The notes under the pieces were generated by a model that saw only the letters and a list, made by a program, of their open reading frames with translations, made no database searches and was not told the origin of the DNA. Source: Hydrolagus colliei (taxonomy: Eukaryota). Taken from it: 64,000 nucleotides of DNA. The stretch lies in assembly GCA_035084275.1 (NCBI GenBank), contig CM068756.1, positions 9,238,001 through 9,302,000 of the forward strand, in the 5' to 3' direction. Positions 38,947 through 51,731 of this stretch are shown piece by piece; position 1 is the first letter of the stretch; the number at the start of each line of letters is the position of its first letter. Both the position numbers and the translations under genes were made by a program.

Positions 38947-41479
38947 AAATAAATTACATTTAAAAAGGTCTGGGGAGGGCTGCCACATGACCTACTCCTC
39001 AATAACATTTAAAGTTGAGAGCCATTCAAGCTTTAATTACCCTTAGTGATGCAGCATTGACATGTCCGCTGGCTGGCATCTCTCTAACGTAGTCTCAAAC
39101 GTGTGTCGTATGACAGCTACTAAATATGAAGTTAGTTGCATTTTATTTTGTGATAAATTCACCTCCATGTTTGGACACTATACAGTAATTATTTGATAGG
39201 TTCACAACACATAATGCAGTGCTTTCCTAAATAGACCTTTTATTGTGGATACTAACTAGCATAGGTTAAATCAGTGTGTTTATATCTGGATTCCTAAAAC
39301 GTAGTTCGCTACCGCTGGACTTTGTATGTTTAACCCAGAATAGTGAATTGCTGCTCTTAATTGTTTGTAAGAAACCGACCAACTTGCTGGCTGTTCAGAA
39401 GTTCAAAGTCGGTATAAAGCATCTCCATTACAGTTTAAAATAAAACAAAATGGTTCTAATGTAAGCTGCCTGCTTGTGACAAACCTGGGATTGCTTTCTC
39501 TACCGGGGGCATTCCCATCACATTACAGCTAAGAAAGGAGGTGAGGCAGACCAGAGGCTCTATACGGGGGCAAGTGCTGGGGAAAGAAAGGTCAAGGACA
39601 AATAATTCCTGCTACCTCTGTTTGAAATAATAAATAAGCTGACTCACCAGAGGGGAATCATTAAAAATAATTTGCACAAGCTTTCTGTTCAGCGAGCTCT
39701 TTGATACAACATTTCCTTCAGTGATTATCACTATGGACATGTTCCTGCCATATGGATAGGAGCTGGGCTGGGAGGCTTCCCAATACCTGAGTGGTTAATT
39801 AAGAGCTGTTGCTGGGCCGCGAGAAGCAGGTTTTAAATCCCTCTACACTCTCCTACAATGAGTAGCTTTTTGCAGGCTAAGTCACAGGGGACAGCCAGAA
39901 GCACAGGGTAATTATTTGAGATAACATACAGCTGAAATGGGGGGAATGTGCATTTGAAAGGAGGCAGCGGTAGGGAAAAAAAGCACTGTAGTAAAAAGGT
40001 CAACGTTTCCTATTTTTTTTAGCTCACTGTTGACAGTCTGTAATGTCTTTTCGGAATGAAAGACAATGTTACCAGTTTTATGAATATCTCATTTTGAATT
40101 CAACTTTGCAATTCTAAGCGTGTGCCTGCCAAACCAATCTAAATAAGCTATTCTTACCTGTCAGAGGATGCTGTTATGACTTTGATTGCCACTGTTGGGG
40201 GGAAAAAAAACAGGACTTTTTCCAGTAATCAATGGGGGGGGGGAGGGGGGGGGGGATGAGCACGGACAGACACAAACAGTGGAAAAAGCTTGAAATATTG
40301 TGGGCAGATACCTCCTGTCTGTAAAACATTTCATCATTATGTAAGTCAAAAACCTTCAGCACCTTTAGAGGAGAAAAAAATGATCACCCAGGGTGAGGGG
40401 AAATCTATTTTCCTGGCACTCCAGATCCTAATTCAATAATATCAGTTCAATGACAAAAGCAGGGCTGTCAATGCAGAGGAGCTTTGTGGGTTATGGGTTA
40501 TAATAAAGGTGGGCAGATGTCTGATAATGAGACGGAGACATGCAGATGCTAATACCACTGTTCAGCAGAGCAGAGTTGTCTTTGTTAAGCTGACCCAGGT
40601 AGCAGCTGTGGACTGTCAGGTTTTTGGAATGCTGGTTTCTCTTGATTCTCATTTAAGATCAGATTTGTATGCTGTCTGTCAGTGAACTTTTCTCACAGGG
40701 AACTGAACCCCAGGGTTATCAGTTTCATTTGGACATAACTAGATGTCAAAAGAAGTTTAAGTTGTTTGAGGAACTACGACACGCTTCTTCCTGCTGACTG
40801 ATTGTCTTATCCCTCTAAGGCCTCATGCTAATAATCCACCTGTACGCCCCGCAGTATTTTAATAACTGTTTCATTTTGAAGTTCAGACAAAGGGAAAGGC
40901 TCAATTATGTTTAGCAAATGTGTTAATTCCCTACGTTGCCATGGTGTGGTGTTGTCCATTTTGGTGTCAATCTGTAGCATATTGTGCGGTATGGCCTGTT
41001 GTTATTTGCCCATATCATTGCTAGAATGCATTAGATCTATCCCAACAACAACTTGCATTCATAGAGCACCCTTCATGCAGGTAGTGTCTCGAAGCCCTAT
41101 GACCAATGGCAAACTTCAACCTCCATAAGGTAATCCTTAGAAGAATTAATATGTATTCATAGCTTGATTTATTAATTGCATATAGTATTTCCACGTTTTA
41201 GTTTGTTCCTCCTGTATTTGCTTCCTCAATGTTCAGTCAGAGTGACTAAAAGTCCAAGAAGTCTTTGCCAGCACCACTCATGAGCAAATTGCTAGAATGT
41301 GTATTAGAGCTACACTGTTTGACTCTTGCCCTGGCCCTAACGTCCTTGCTTTGGAAAAACATTTTGCTTCCACATGGTTGGTTGTTCCTGGACTAGCCAG
41401 AATTGAACAACGACCACAAAAAACAACTTTGTGGAGTTGCGTTCTGGAGCCCTTGACAGTGGCGGAGCATGACTCCAAA

Positions 41480-41640
41480 CCAGGGGAAAGGGGAGGTGAC
41501 TGTAGGCATGGTTGAATAGGAAGGTCTTCAGGCATGACCTGAAAATGAGGATGGAAGGGTCAATGTGGAGGGATAGAGGAAGAAAGTTCCAGAGTTTGGG
41601 GCGAAGTGGCTGAAAGTGTGGCCAACCAATGTTGGTAAAG
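41480..41640 (-). mobile_element. L2 LINE fragment
   Basis: Minus-strand translation FQPLRPKLWNFLPLSL...FRSCLKTFLF is the L2 ORF2 C-terminus (AP.LWN.LP...FK..LKT.LF). Confidence 0.75.
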
Positions 41641-43289
41641 AGGGTACAGTGCAAAACTCACTGTTCGTAATAATCACTGGTCATTATTATAGATTTAGTT
41701 GCCACTTCACTCAATACATTCATTCTGTTAAAAGCTTATTATCTGGAGGTACATTTGAAAAACAATGAGGCAGGCTTGATGAACTGAGTAGCTTACCCCT
41801 GTTACTAACTCTGAAGCTAAGAAATGTCATACTCTATGAACACAAGGTAGCGAAGGCTCAAAGTGCAGCCCCAGAGGATCTACAAGAAGTGAATCTGCAT
41901 TATTGATTAATCTGATGTTTACTGGTACCACAGGTTTAGATTAAACTAAATTGAGTGTCAAGCCAGCTGGCATAGTCAAGCTGCAATACTTTTGCTTCTG
42001 ATAAATTTTGAATCCTAACTGGTATCACCAATGGCCTGAGTCAGACAGTTTCTCAAGGTGCTGTTAATCACTATGCTAGTTTTGCACCCAGACCAGGATT
42101 CAAAAGCTAATCTTCCATAAATGCTTGTGTTCTATTTGCTTTGAGCACTATGGGAAAAGGGTGTTCACAGAACTTCAAAGACCATATGTGTGTGTGTGTA
42201 TATCTATATATATCTCATGTGTATATATCTTTAGCTCAGTGGTTAGAGCACTTGCTATACAAGCGTACGGTGTGTGGCTGCTCTGTTAATCCCATGCATT
42301 TCCAAGCATTTTAATGAGATATGCCGATGCTTTTGTGCATTTCACCAATATATACATGAGGCAGTGCAGAATATGTTTTACTGTTTCAGGCCATCTGAAT
42401 TCAGTGTGCAATATAATGAAGGTACAAAGCTATATTCGAAGAGTTACATTTGATTTCTACTCTTACTATGTCAATAAATGTATCATTAGATACATGGGTC
42501 AACTATTGCAGAATGTTTAACGGAAACAAGGGATATGCAGTTTATTCTACAAGAAATATCTCATAACACTTATAATAAGGCCACAGGGAAAACTGATGGA
42601 AAGTGTCAAATTTTTAGACCGTAAAATACTAAAATATTGTAAGATTTGATTCAATTGTTAAAAACTGTTGCCACAATAAGTGCAGTTACAGAATGAACCT
42701 ACTAACTTTATTGCACTGGCTGTTTTTTGTTGATTGTTGGAATCAGTTTGGTGATTTATTTTAATAGTGGTTGAGTGAAAACTATTGGCATGTTGTAGCT
42801 TTAATCAGTCTGTGAAAAGAAACCACAGTAACAGTATTTCAAATGGCTGAATGAAAATCTTGGAACACGTTTGCAGACAATACAGCTCACACCCCCTGTG
42901 AAACTGATTTCAATGAAGTGTTGCTCTTTAGTGAATATTTATTTGTCGATTGATTGATTGATTGATTGATTCATCAATTGACAGGCAGCTGTCAGGCCAC
43001 CAGCCATCTTGGGCTATGATTGATCAGTTTTGTTATGATCTTCAAACTGCTCTTGTGTGCTGCCTGTTTGTGTCAGCGAACGCTTACAACAGTTCTCATT
43101 TGCTGAGATGGACTTCCTACAATCTCACGTGCTCTTCCATAAATGAAAATCTTAGATACAGTACATAACTTTCAAAACATTAACTTTAATACCTCAGAAA
43201 TATTTATCCTGAAAATAGTTCAAGATAATTCTGCTTAGAAAGAGGGAGGCATCATGGTATAAAAATAACTATTAGTTGAAAAATTGTCT

Positions 43290-43600
43290 ATTTTCAATGG
43301 CCAGCAGGCAGCAATAAATAAGGCAAACAAGACGCTGGGTTACACTACTAAAGAAGTTGACTTCAGATCCCCAGAAGTCATGCTCAAGTTGTGCAGTGCT
43401 TTGTGGTCAGGCTGCACTTGGATTACTGTGTACATTTCCGGTTGGTGCAACATAAGGCCCAGACTTTAGAGGCAGTGCAGAGGAGAACAATGAAAATGAT
43501 TCCCGTTGCTCGAGGCACGAACAACGTTAGATAACTTGGAACACTTCAACCTTGAAAGTAGCCATCCCCATGATGGGGTACAGAAGTATCTAAGATTTTA
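43290..43600 (+). mobile_element. CR1-clade LINE ORF2 remnant
   Basis: AINKANKTLGY...RSPEVMLKL followed by ttagaggcagtgcagaggaga (LEAVQRR). Confidence 0.78.
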
Positions 43601-44847
43601 ATAAATAATAAAACCCATTTGCTAATAACCGTGCTTCTAAGGTGAGTGCGTGCTTCAACCCATGAGCCAACCTGCCTCCTGTGCACTAAAAGTGAAATGA
43701 TTTCCACACCAACGATATCACTACTTGTGCCCCTGCATCCATGCTGGTGATGTTGGCAGCATTATCCTAAACAGTCACACCAGTCATGATCATTGTAAAG
43801 TTTGTTGTAAATTTTAGGGATCCTGACTACCACCTTATAACAGGGATCTACTGGGTTTTTTTTGCATTCAGTATAGTGCTTTGTCACATCTCAAGGTGCT
43901 CCAGAGGCTTCTGTATTTAAAAAAAAAAAATTTCACTGAAAATAGACCATCTCAAGATTGTAGCACTAAACTTTCCACGGTTCATCCCAAAATAACCTGC
44001 ATCCACTACATGGTATGAAGCAATGCAATGTTGGAGCTCAGATGTTTTGTAGGTAGAGAACATAAACCTTTCTAATATTCCATAGTATAATGTGGCAATG
44101 AATGTGCAATCCACACCATACAAATTTAACATGCAGAACAGTCATTAAAGTCTCCGTTTTTAGATGCTGACATTGTGAAGAGAACTGTTCAAGAAAATAA
44201 CAAATTGAATATATGTCAGGGATGTATTCATGGTGTTAAATGAATATGTAACCTGAAACATGATTAAGTGAAGGTGCAGACATGATAGTTCTTCATTCAT
44301 GCTGTATTCACATACATCACCAGACTTATTGGCAAAGGCCCAGTGGCAGGGTTCATAACAAATGCATTTTCAGTGAGCCTCCCGTAATAGATGTTCATTA
44401 ATAAAATTGTTACACATGTGTCCGTATGTATGCTTGCTTTGTAGACCAGTTTACAATATGATAAGCATTTGGGCAGATGAGCAGAACTACAGTACTTCAA
44501 ACTGACTGATGAGTGAAAAATTTTCACTGAAGTTATTTGATTTTAATATAGTTGAACAAAGAACAATTTGAAGCAATAAAAAAATTCTCTTGTTACTATG
44601 TAAAAATTGAGTCCAAAAAAATCACAGCATACATGTCAGAATTAAGGAATCAAGTCACACTTAGAATAACTGCTGAGCACCGGAAACATCTGGAGAGAAA
44701 GTGGTGAGTGGAAGTCCAGGACCGATGGTAGCATTGTCTGGAAGTGGCAGAATCAACCAGAGCTAAGCTAAGGATGACCCAGCTTGTTTTAATTTAAACC
44801 AGAAGTGAAAGCAATACTCCCACGCCACTAGATGTCACTAGTACTAT

Positions 44848-44930
44848 TATTATAATAATAATCCTTGCATTTGATATAGCACCTTATCAAACGCTTCACA
44901 GCGTATTGTAACAACTGTATTTTATGGGTG
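44848..44930 (-). mobile_element. SINE tail fragment
   Basis: ataataataatccttgcatttgatatagc. Confidence 0.75.
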
Positions 44931-45133
44931 AAACTATGAATACCATGAACATTTGCACCAGTAGATTTGTAATGGATATCATATTTTGGGAACATTGCTA
45001 CCCTTTTTTCCAGTATTGGGTGAACAGAACCACTGCAATTTCTGCAGCTTCTGGCTTTCATTCTTGTGCCATTACATAATATGTAGCAGCAGCAAATTGC
45101 AGAGTCTAGAAGTGTAAAGTTTGAAGGGGGAAA

Positions 45134-45221
45134 TGTTTTGCCCACAAAATATAGAGTCAATTGTGGAGTGCTTTGAGACTTGAAGACGTGATGAGGCGCT
45201 ATATCAAATGCAAGGATTATT
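45134..45221 (+). mobile_element. SINE tail fragment
   Basis: gcccacaaaatatagagtc...gcgctatatcaaatgcaaggattatt. Confidence 0.78.
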
Positions 45222-46822
45222 CCTCTTATTATTAAATGCAGTAAGGCCGAGTTTGGACCTTGGTGAGGATTGGGATGATGAGCTTGCAAAGTTAAGGAAT
45301 TTTCTATTAGAAATGGCAGAGTTTTAGATCCCACTGAATATAGAGCAACTGATTTATATTGTAGAATTTACTCCACCACAGAATATTGCAATGTGGTGGT
45401 GGGTTGCACCATTTTAAAGTATAATAACAATGTATAGTTCCCTTTGCAGCTCATGACCTCAAGTTCAAGGGCTTTGCCCTTTTCGTTACAGGGCATCACA
45501 CAAAAAAAAACAAAGTGCAACTCAAGAGAAATCAAGGTTAGTGTTTTGGATCAGCAACATTTTAATGGTGGATCTTATCTGAAAGGTTGGCTAATCCTTC
45601 TTTTTCAGATGTTCAATGAAAAGCTATACATTTTGACTTTCGAATTTCCTGCATTTGCAGTTTTTTTTCCTTTTTAAAAGAATACGCCCCCAGCTAATGG
45701 AAGGAAACAGTACAGTATAGTAAAACGATAGATCCTTTGATAGTTGGGGGTGGAAGCCAGGAAGTCAATTGATGCCAAGTGTAAGATTGATTATAAAAGC
45801 AGATGACAGGCCCAGTAAGGGAGTCTTGTGTTTTTGTGAGTAAGTGAGCAGCAGGATTGAGGGTGATTTACACAATGGCAGATTAGGCGCATTTGTTTGA
45901 GGCGATCGACTAAATATTTGGATTGTGAAATGAAATGCAAATCAAAGCCCCCAAGTGTTAATTTTCATGTTTGGGGTTGTTCCATATCCAGGCTATAAGC
46001 AGTTAATGTGAGCAATTTTGCATGTACTGCTCAACCATCCTTAGTATGCAGAGGCAACTGCATCTCTATGATAAGGGTAATTTTCTTTCAGTGTTTCGTT
46101 TTCCACTCCATATCCCCCTTCTCACCACTGCAAATGCTAATCTGTTAATTGCTCATCTATCTTCTGGAGTCTAGACAGTGTACATATCCTATTCAGAGCT
46201 CTGTCATCGGCCCTAAACTACACTATCGTAAATGAGAAAACTATAGCATTATTCAAAATAAATTCACTTTAGGTCTACAGCATTCTTGTATAAAAATGGT
46301 GGAAATCCACTTATATAATAGTGCACTGTGAGATAAAATATGATGGGTTCCAAACCGTGTACACGGCTGATATCTGTGGTACATTTGCCTCACTGGTGGT
46401 AACCCGCAAGCGATGTTACTGCCAGCAATAATCTGATTATCCGCCTGTCAGTAGTGGTAAATCCACGATACTGCCAAGCTTGTAATTTCTCCTATTTCCA
46501 CTATGGGACTGTAGCCAGGACTTGGGTGATGGAGGCGTCTTCTAGGAAGAGGAGAAATCGGTGGTGTTGTTGACTATCTATCCCTATTCCTGTGGATCTT
46601 GGATCATTGTTTGTAGAGAAGAGGTCTAGTGGAAAACTCTGATTGACACACTTTGTTCGCTCTGTTCAACAGTTACATTAAGGGGCCTGAAAACTATATA
46701 AGGGAATAAAGGGGGAAATAATATCCACTTTAACCGAAGTGGTCTTTAGTTAGGCTTCAACTCGTGATCAGATCTATGCCCATTTGCCTAAGTGGCCATT
46801 GTTAGTTTAAAATAGTGAATTT

Positions 46823-46965
46823 TAATAATAATAATCCTTGCATTTGTTATAAAGCCTTAATACAGATTCTAGATGTCTCAAAGCACTTCGCAGAATAATC
46901 CTGTAAAATGGATTGAGAGTGATTTCGTTTGTTTTTAACTGGGTAAAACGCAGTAGCCGATTGTA
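46823..46965 (-). mobile_element. SINE 3' fragment
   Basis: taataataataatccttgcatttg...gtctcaaagcacttcgcagaat. Confidence 0.75.
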
Positions 46966-47698
46966 CTCAAGAGTGAGATCCATGGCTAAGTTTTCTCTCT
47001 CCTAACTCGGGCACTAAAATTAATTAGTGTTGCACCTGCTGCCCTGTGATGGGGTGAGTTGGGACATCCTCATGATGTGAAAGGCACTCTATAAATGTAA
47101 TTTTGTTATTTTGTGGTTGTAGCTGATGCTCCATTTGTTTACCAATTACTTTAGAACTGGTTTAAATAGAACTGTTTCTCAAGACAGTGAGCTGAATGCA
47201 GTTGTTTCTTAGCTATGATACACATCTCTTTTCTCCGAGCTTCCCCAGCCTCTGGGCAGGTCCAGAGCTAACTAATGCTAACTAGTGAAATTGGCCTGAA
47301 GGCAAAACCAAAGCTGGTCATCTAACATAGTAGTCGATTTTTAGCTTGTAGAACCTTCCCCAAAAGTGAACCTGGAGGCATTGCTCAAAGCAAGAGCCAA
47401 AACTGGTGCACATATAATCTGTATGGCCCTCTCTTCTGCATTGTTTAGTGGGGCCTTTGCAGCTTGTAGTCAGTTTTTCAAAATACTGATTCATACATCA
47501 CCTTCCTTGCCCTATTACCTGCCCTATGCAATGAGGCAAAGAGAACACCCGCAACCCCTCGAATTGCCTGCCAGCAAATGTAAGAGTTTGTACAGGGAGG
47601 CGATGTTGCATTCTTCACCAGGAATGGCTTTTTGATGCCTAGGCTATATTGTTGCCTATCTTGAAGGAATCTCTCCTCTTTCCTTCCCCCAACCAAAG

Positions 47699-48090
47699 CA
47701 ACAACAGGACGTCCCAAGGCGCTGGACAGTCAATGTTTCAGACTCGAGCTGGGGTCGGGGACAGCGAGGGTGGAGGGAAAGGGAAGGATTTGGGTTAACC
47801 GATGGGACAATCGAAGAGGAGGGTCTTGAGGCAGGACTTGAAGGAGGCTAGGGAGGGGGCGAGGTGGAGGGACTGCGGGATGGAATTCCAGAAGTTGCGG
47901 GCATAGTGGCTGAAAGCTTGCCCGCCAATGGTGGGGCAGGGGAAATGGAGCAGCCTGGAACCTGTTGAGCAGAGGGAGGTGGACAATTTGGTAGGGGGTG
48001 AGGAGGTCGCAGAGGTAGGTTGGGGGTGAGGCCATGGAGGGCTTTGAATCTGAGGACCGGGATCTTAAATTGAATCCTCTGGGTGATGGC
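47699..48090 (-). mobile_element. L2 LINE 3' fragment
   Basis: Minus-strand translation IGGQAFSHYARNFWNSIPQSL...SLASFKSCLKTLLF; tail ggacgtcccaaggcgctggacag. Confidence 0.87.
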
Positions 48091-51000
48091 ACAACAACAA
48101 CAATTTACATTTAGATTCCTCCTTTCCAGGGTACTGTCATACAGTACATTACATGTGCAGAGACGCTGGGATCAATTCACAACAATTAGATTTTATCATC
48201 AGTCACTTAGTTGACATCACTGGAAACCTAACCCTCATAACTGGTTGTTAGGTGAATAAGACTTACTTTATTTTATAAAATTATGCAGTAATACAGGCTT
48301 GTTTACATCATTTGCAGGGCTGATAATTGCGAAAAAATTTGCTGTCATCACACAATATTTAACAAAGTGTACTTGAGGACAACTTAATGTGCCCACACTG
48401 TCAAAAGTGTCAGCATCCCAGTAATGAGTGTCTGACACAAACAGTTAGGGAAATAGCACAATTACTGAAATATCCTGGAGGAATAGTATGCATTTTCATG
48501 AGTGTCTCTGTGTGACAGTGAGTGCTGAAGAAGGCAGCTTCTCGTTGCCAGTCGAGTTGGCAAAAAATATGCTTTCTTCCCTGAAAGACAATTAGAATCA
48601 ATTAAATGAATTAAATGGAGCTCTACATGGTTAAAATATGGGCAGAGGTTCAAATTGTTGGTATTTAGAATTATCACAATCTTGTGGCTGGCAAAATGTG
48701 GCCTGATTGTGCATTTAAGTCAAGTGTGCAACCTAATGAAACAGACATAACTTTTCACCCTAAATGTCTAGTGATTTGTTTTCTTGGGGTGATCAACATT
48801 TACTCTTGGATCTAACCTAAGAAATTTGAAATCTCATGAATACCTGACCAAAAAGAATGTACCACATAGCTCCTGTATAATGGCTGTTGCTGGGCAATTG
48901 ATATTGACGCACAATTTCAATGGGCAATTGAAAACAATTAAACAGCTGATGTATAACTGTTTTGCAGTTTAGTACTATTATTTGATTTTATTAATGATAT
49001 TAAACATCTAAAATGTAAAAAACACACCTTTATTTATCTCTTTGCAAAAATATCAGGTGTCTTAGTGCTTGGGTGAGTGTGTTAAAATGAAGCAAATAAA
49101 CTACGCATTCATTTCTGAAACCATAGCCCACAGTGTGGAAATACTGATCAAACTTTTAATCACAATTATTGTACCATTACTAATCCTTTTGATTCTTACT
49201 GTGCCTCTACATCTTTCAATTACATATCTTACAACCCATAAGATGCTGGGAGCACAAAGAAGAGCAAATACTGCAAGATTGAAAGTCTATTACCGTAAAG
49301 TAAGTTTTGTTCATATTAATGAATTAGAGTACTACTATATAAATGCCTTTGGAGCATTTTTTTTAAAAAGCCACAAAACTTTTTTTAAATAACACAAAAA
49401 GAGAGACTTTACTTAAAATAATTTATATTGTTTTAGATAATGTTTTAAAATGGCTGTTATCAAGCTTATGTTTTGAGCTTGCTCTGCTCTACACCATGCT
49501 GCAAAGTTCCACATTCCTGCCCCTTTAGTGAGCTGATGTATTTCATGTGCCATGAATTTTTCAAAGGCACAGAATCTATCATGAAGCAATTTTCCTCCCC
49601 TCCTCATTTACTTTTAAAGGGTTAAACAGGCTATTTATTTGGCTGTCAAGTTTCCGCATCTCAGCTTTTCAAGACGTCTAGCCTAGTTTTGTTCCGTATC
49701 GACACTTGTCTGCATGGCCCGTTGTTGTTAGCCTCGTGTAATATCCATGACAATCGTGTTGTGGCTTTCAGCGCTCTGTAGTGCTAAATCTGAGAGGCCA
49801 TTTCTAGCCCGTAAAGGGCTTTATTTATGTGTATTTGAAAGAGTCTGGTGAAGGGCCCTCTTCTTAAAATCCTCTTCAGCGGGTCATCGTATTTTCAAAA
49901 GGCTTTAAATGAAGAGGCAGTGATCAGTACTTCCATCACGTTCTAATAGACTGACATGAGCATTTGGATTTGAAAGAGGGGGAAAAAAGTGACGCAGATT
50001 TGCCCTAAATTGGCCTGACGCACAAAGCAATGAGTGCAATTGACTGGCACACTAACCCTGCACACCCCTTCACTTCTAACCACTGCTGCACAATAAGAAA
50101 GCCGTGGGAAGCTGCTTGGGAGCACAGCATATCCATTTTCATGGCCCATATGGAAATTTTGTTTTGTGTACAGAGAAAGTGTCTGATAACAGTGACCTTA
50201 ACTGCCATATGTGTTCAGTGAATAGTAAACAGAGCAAAGCAGTCCAGCTCTCTGACCCTTAGCATATGGGCATCTATTCCGGAGGAGGTTTTTCACAACA
50301 CATCCGCTTTCACTGCCATCTTGCCTGGTGCCCAAGGGATTTCACTAGATTTGTTAATGAATTGCTCTATTGACTCATATCTGAGCTTGCCTCATTAGAG
50401 TTGAAGAACAAAATTTTTATCTGTGTTTCCTTCAAGGAGACCAGAATGCCTCTCTTTGTCAGGAGGTGTTAAATCCTGAGAGCCATCATGTGTGTTGAGC
50501 TGATTTATTTTGTCAGTTGAAGAATGTTCTCTAGTGTTCATTGATGCTGAAGTTCCACTCCTGGCCTCCTCAGATCAACCTTCTTTTTTTTGCCCTCACT
50601 CTCTCTTTCCACAAGTTGGAAAAAAAAAGTTTTTAAAAGCCCTGCCTGGTTTACAAATAGCTAAACATGTTGTCACCCTGGTGACGGCTGGCTTCACTGT
50701 GCCAAGTGCCAGTGTGTACAGCAAGTCTTCTCAGCACATCACCACCTGTCACGACATCCTCTTCAATGTGGTCACAACACAAGTACAACCTTAAACCATT
50801 CATCCTCTTTCTCCCACACCACCACTTCATCCCCCCACCCCCACCCACCAACTCAAATCACACTACATTTTAACGTGTTAATCTTAATAAACAATGTTTG
50901 CAAACAGACTGTGGATGAAAAGACAAATGTCTCTCCTTGTGTGCCAAACATACAGGGATTTGGGATTTTTGGCTCCAGACCATGTAAGTGAATGGCATTT

Positions 51001-51567
51001 TTCAATTTAAATACACATCAACAATGCAAACATCCATTCTTCTACGTTGCTGCCTATGGTATCGTATGACACCTGGGATTGTGCAGTACACCACAAACTA
51101 ATTGAGGGGTTCAGATGATGTCGTAAAACTGTGAAATGGAAACTGAAGTGATTTATATGATCATTTGAAGCTTGCAATTAAGTTCCAACTTTGTAACCTG
51201 CCATCAGGGATCACTTGATTCATATAATATAAATACTGTAATTATAGCCTTCATTTGGGTGTTTAAAAGTTGTGCTCGATTCAGCTGTGTGGGTGTGCTG
51301 AAACAATCCTGTTGCCCAGGATTTTTTGGGAGTTGATTTTCTGTTTCCACCCTTCAATGTTATTTGAAAGAAGCACTGTCAAGTTCAATGATTGCCAATT
51401 TGGTACTATTTATTACGAGAACACTGGTGTTTCCATTATAATGATGTAGGGACAAAAGCATTAAGGTGAACAATGATTTTGAGCTAACCAAAGCACAATT
51501 GGTATTAAGTAGCAGATACTCTGCTGTTACCAAGTAGTTTTGGATTGTGATATAAAACCCTTTAAAA

Positions 51568-51731
51568 ATAATTCTTGATTTTGATATAGCGCTTTTCATT
51601 CATTCTAGACGTCTCAAAGCGCTTCACCTAATATATTGTAAAGTGAATTGACTGTATATTTGTTGGTGAAACATGGCAGTCAATTGCGCACATCAGTGTC
51701 CCAGAAACATTCGTGGATTGAAGTGACCAAT
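51568..51731 (-). mobile_element. SINE 3' half
   Basis: gatatagcgcttttca...caattgcgcacatcagtgtccca. Confidence 0.83.

Noticed and set aside
44828-45334. 168-aa ORF
   Set aside because: Built from two inverted SINE tails plus unique DNA; no protein signal.
50510-50794. Exon-like GC-balanced + strand ORF
   Set aside because: No recognisable domain and no convincing splice-site pair.
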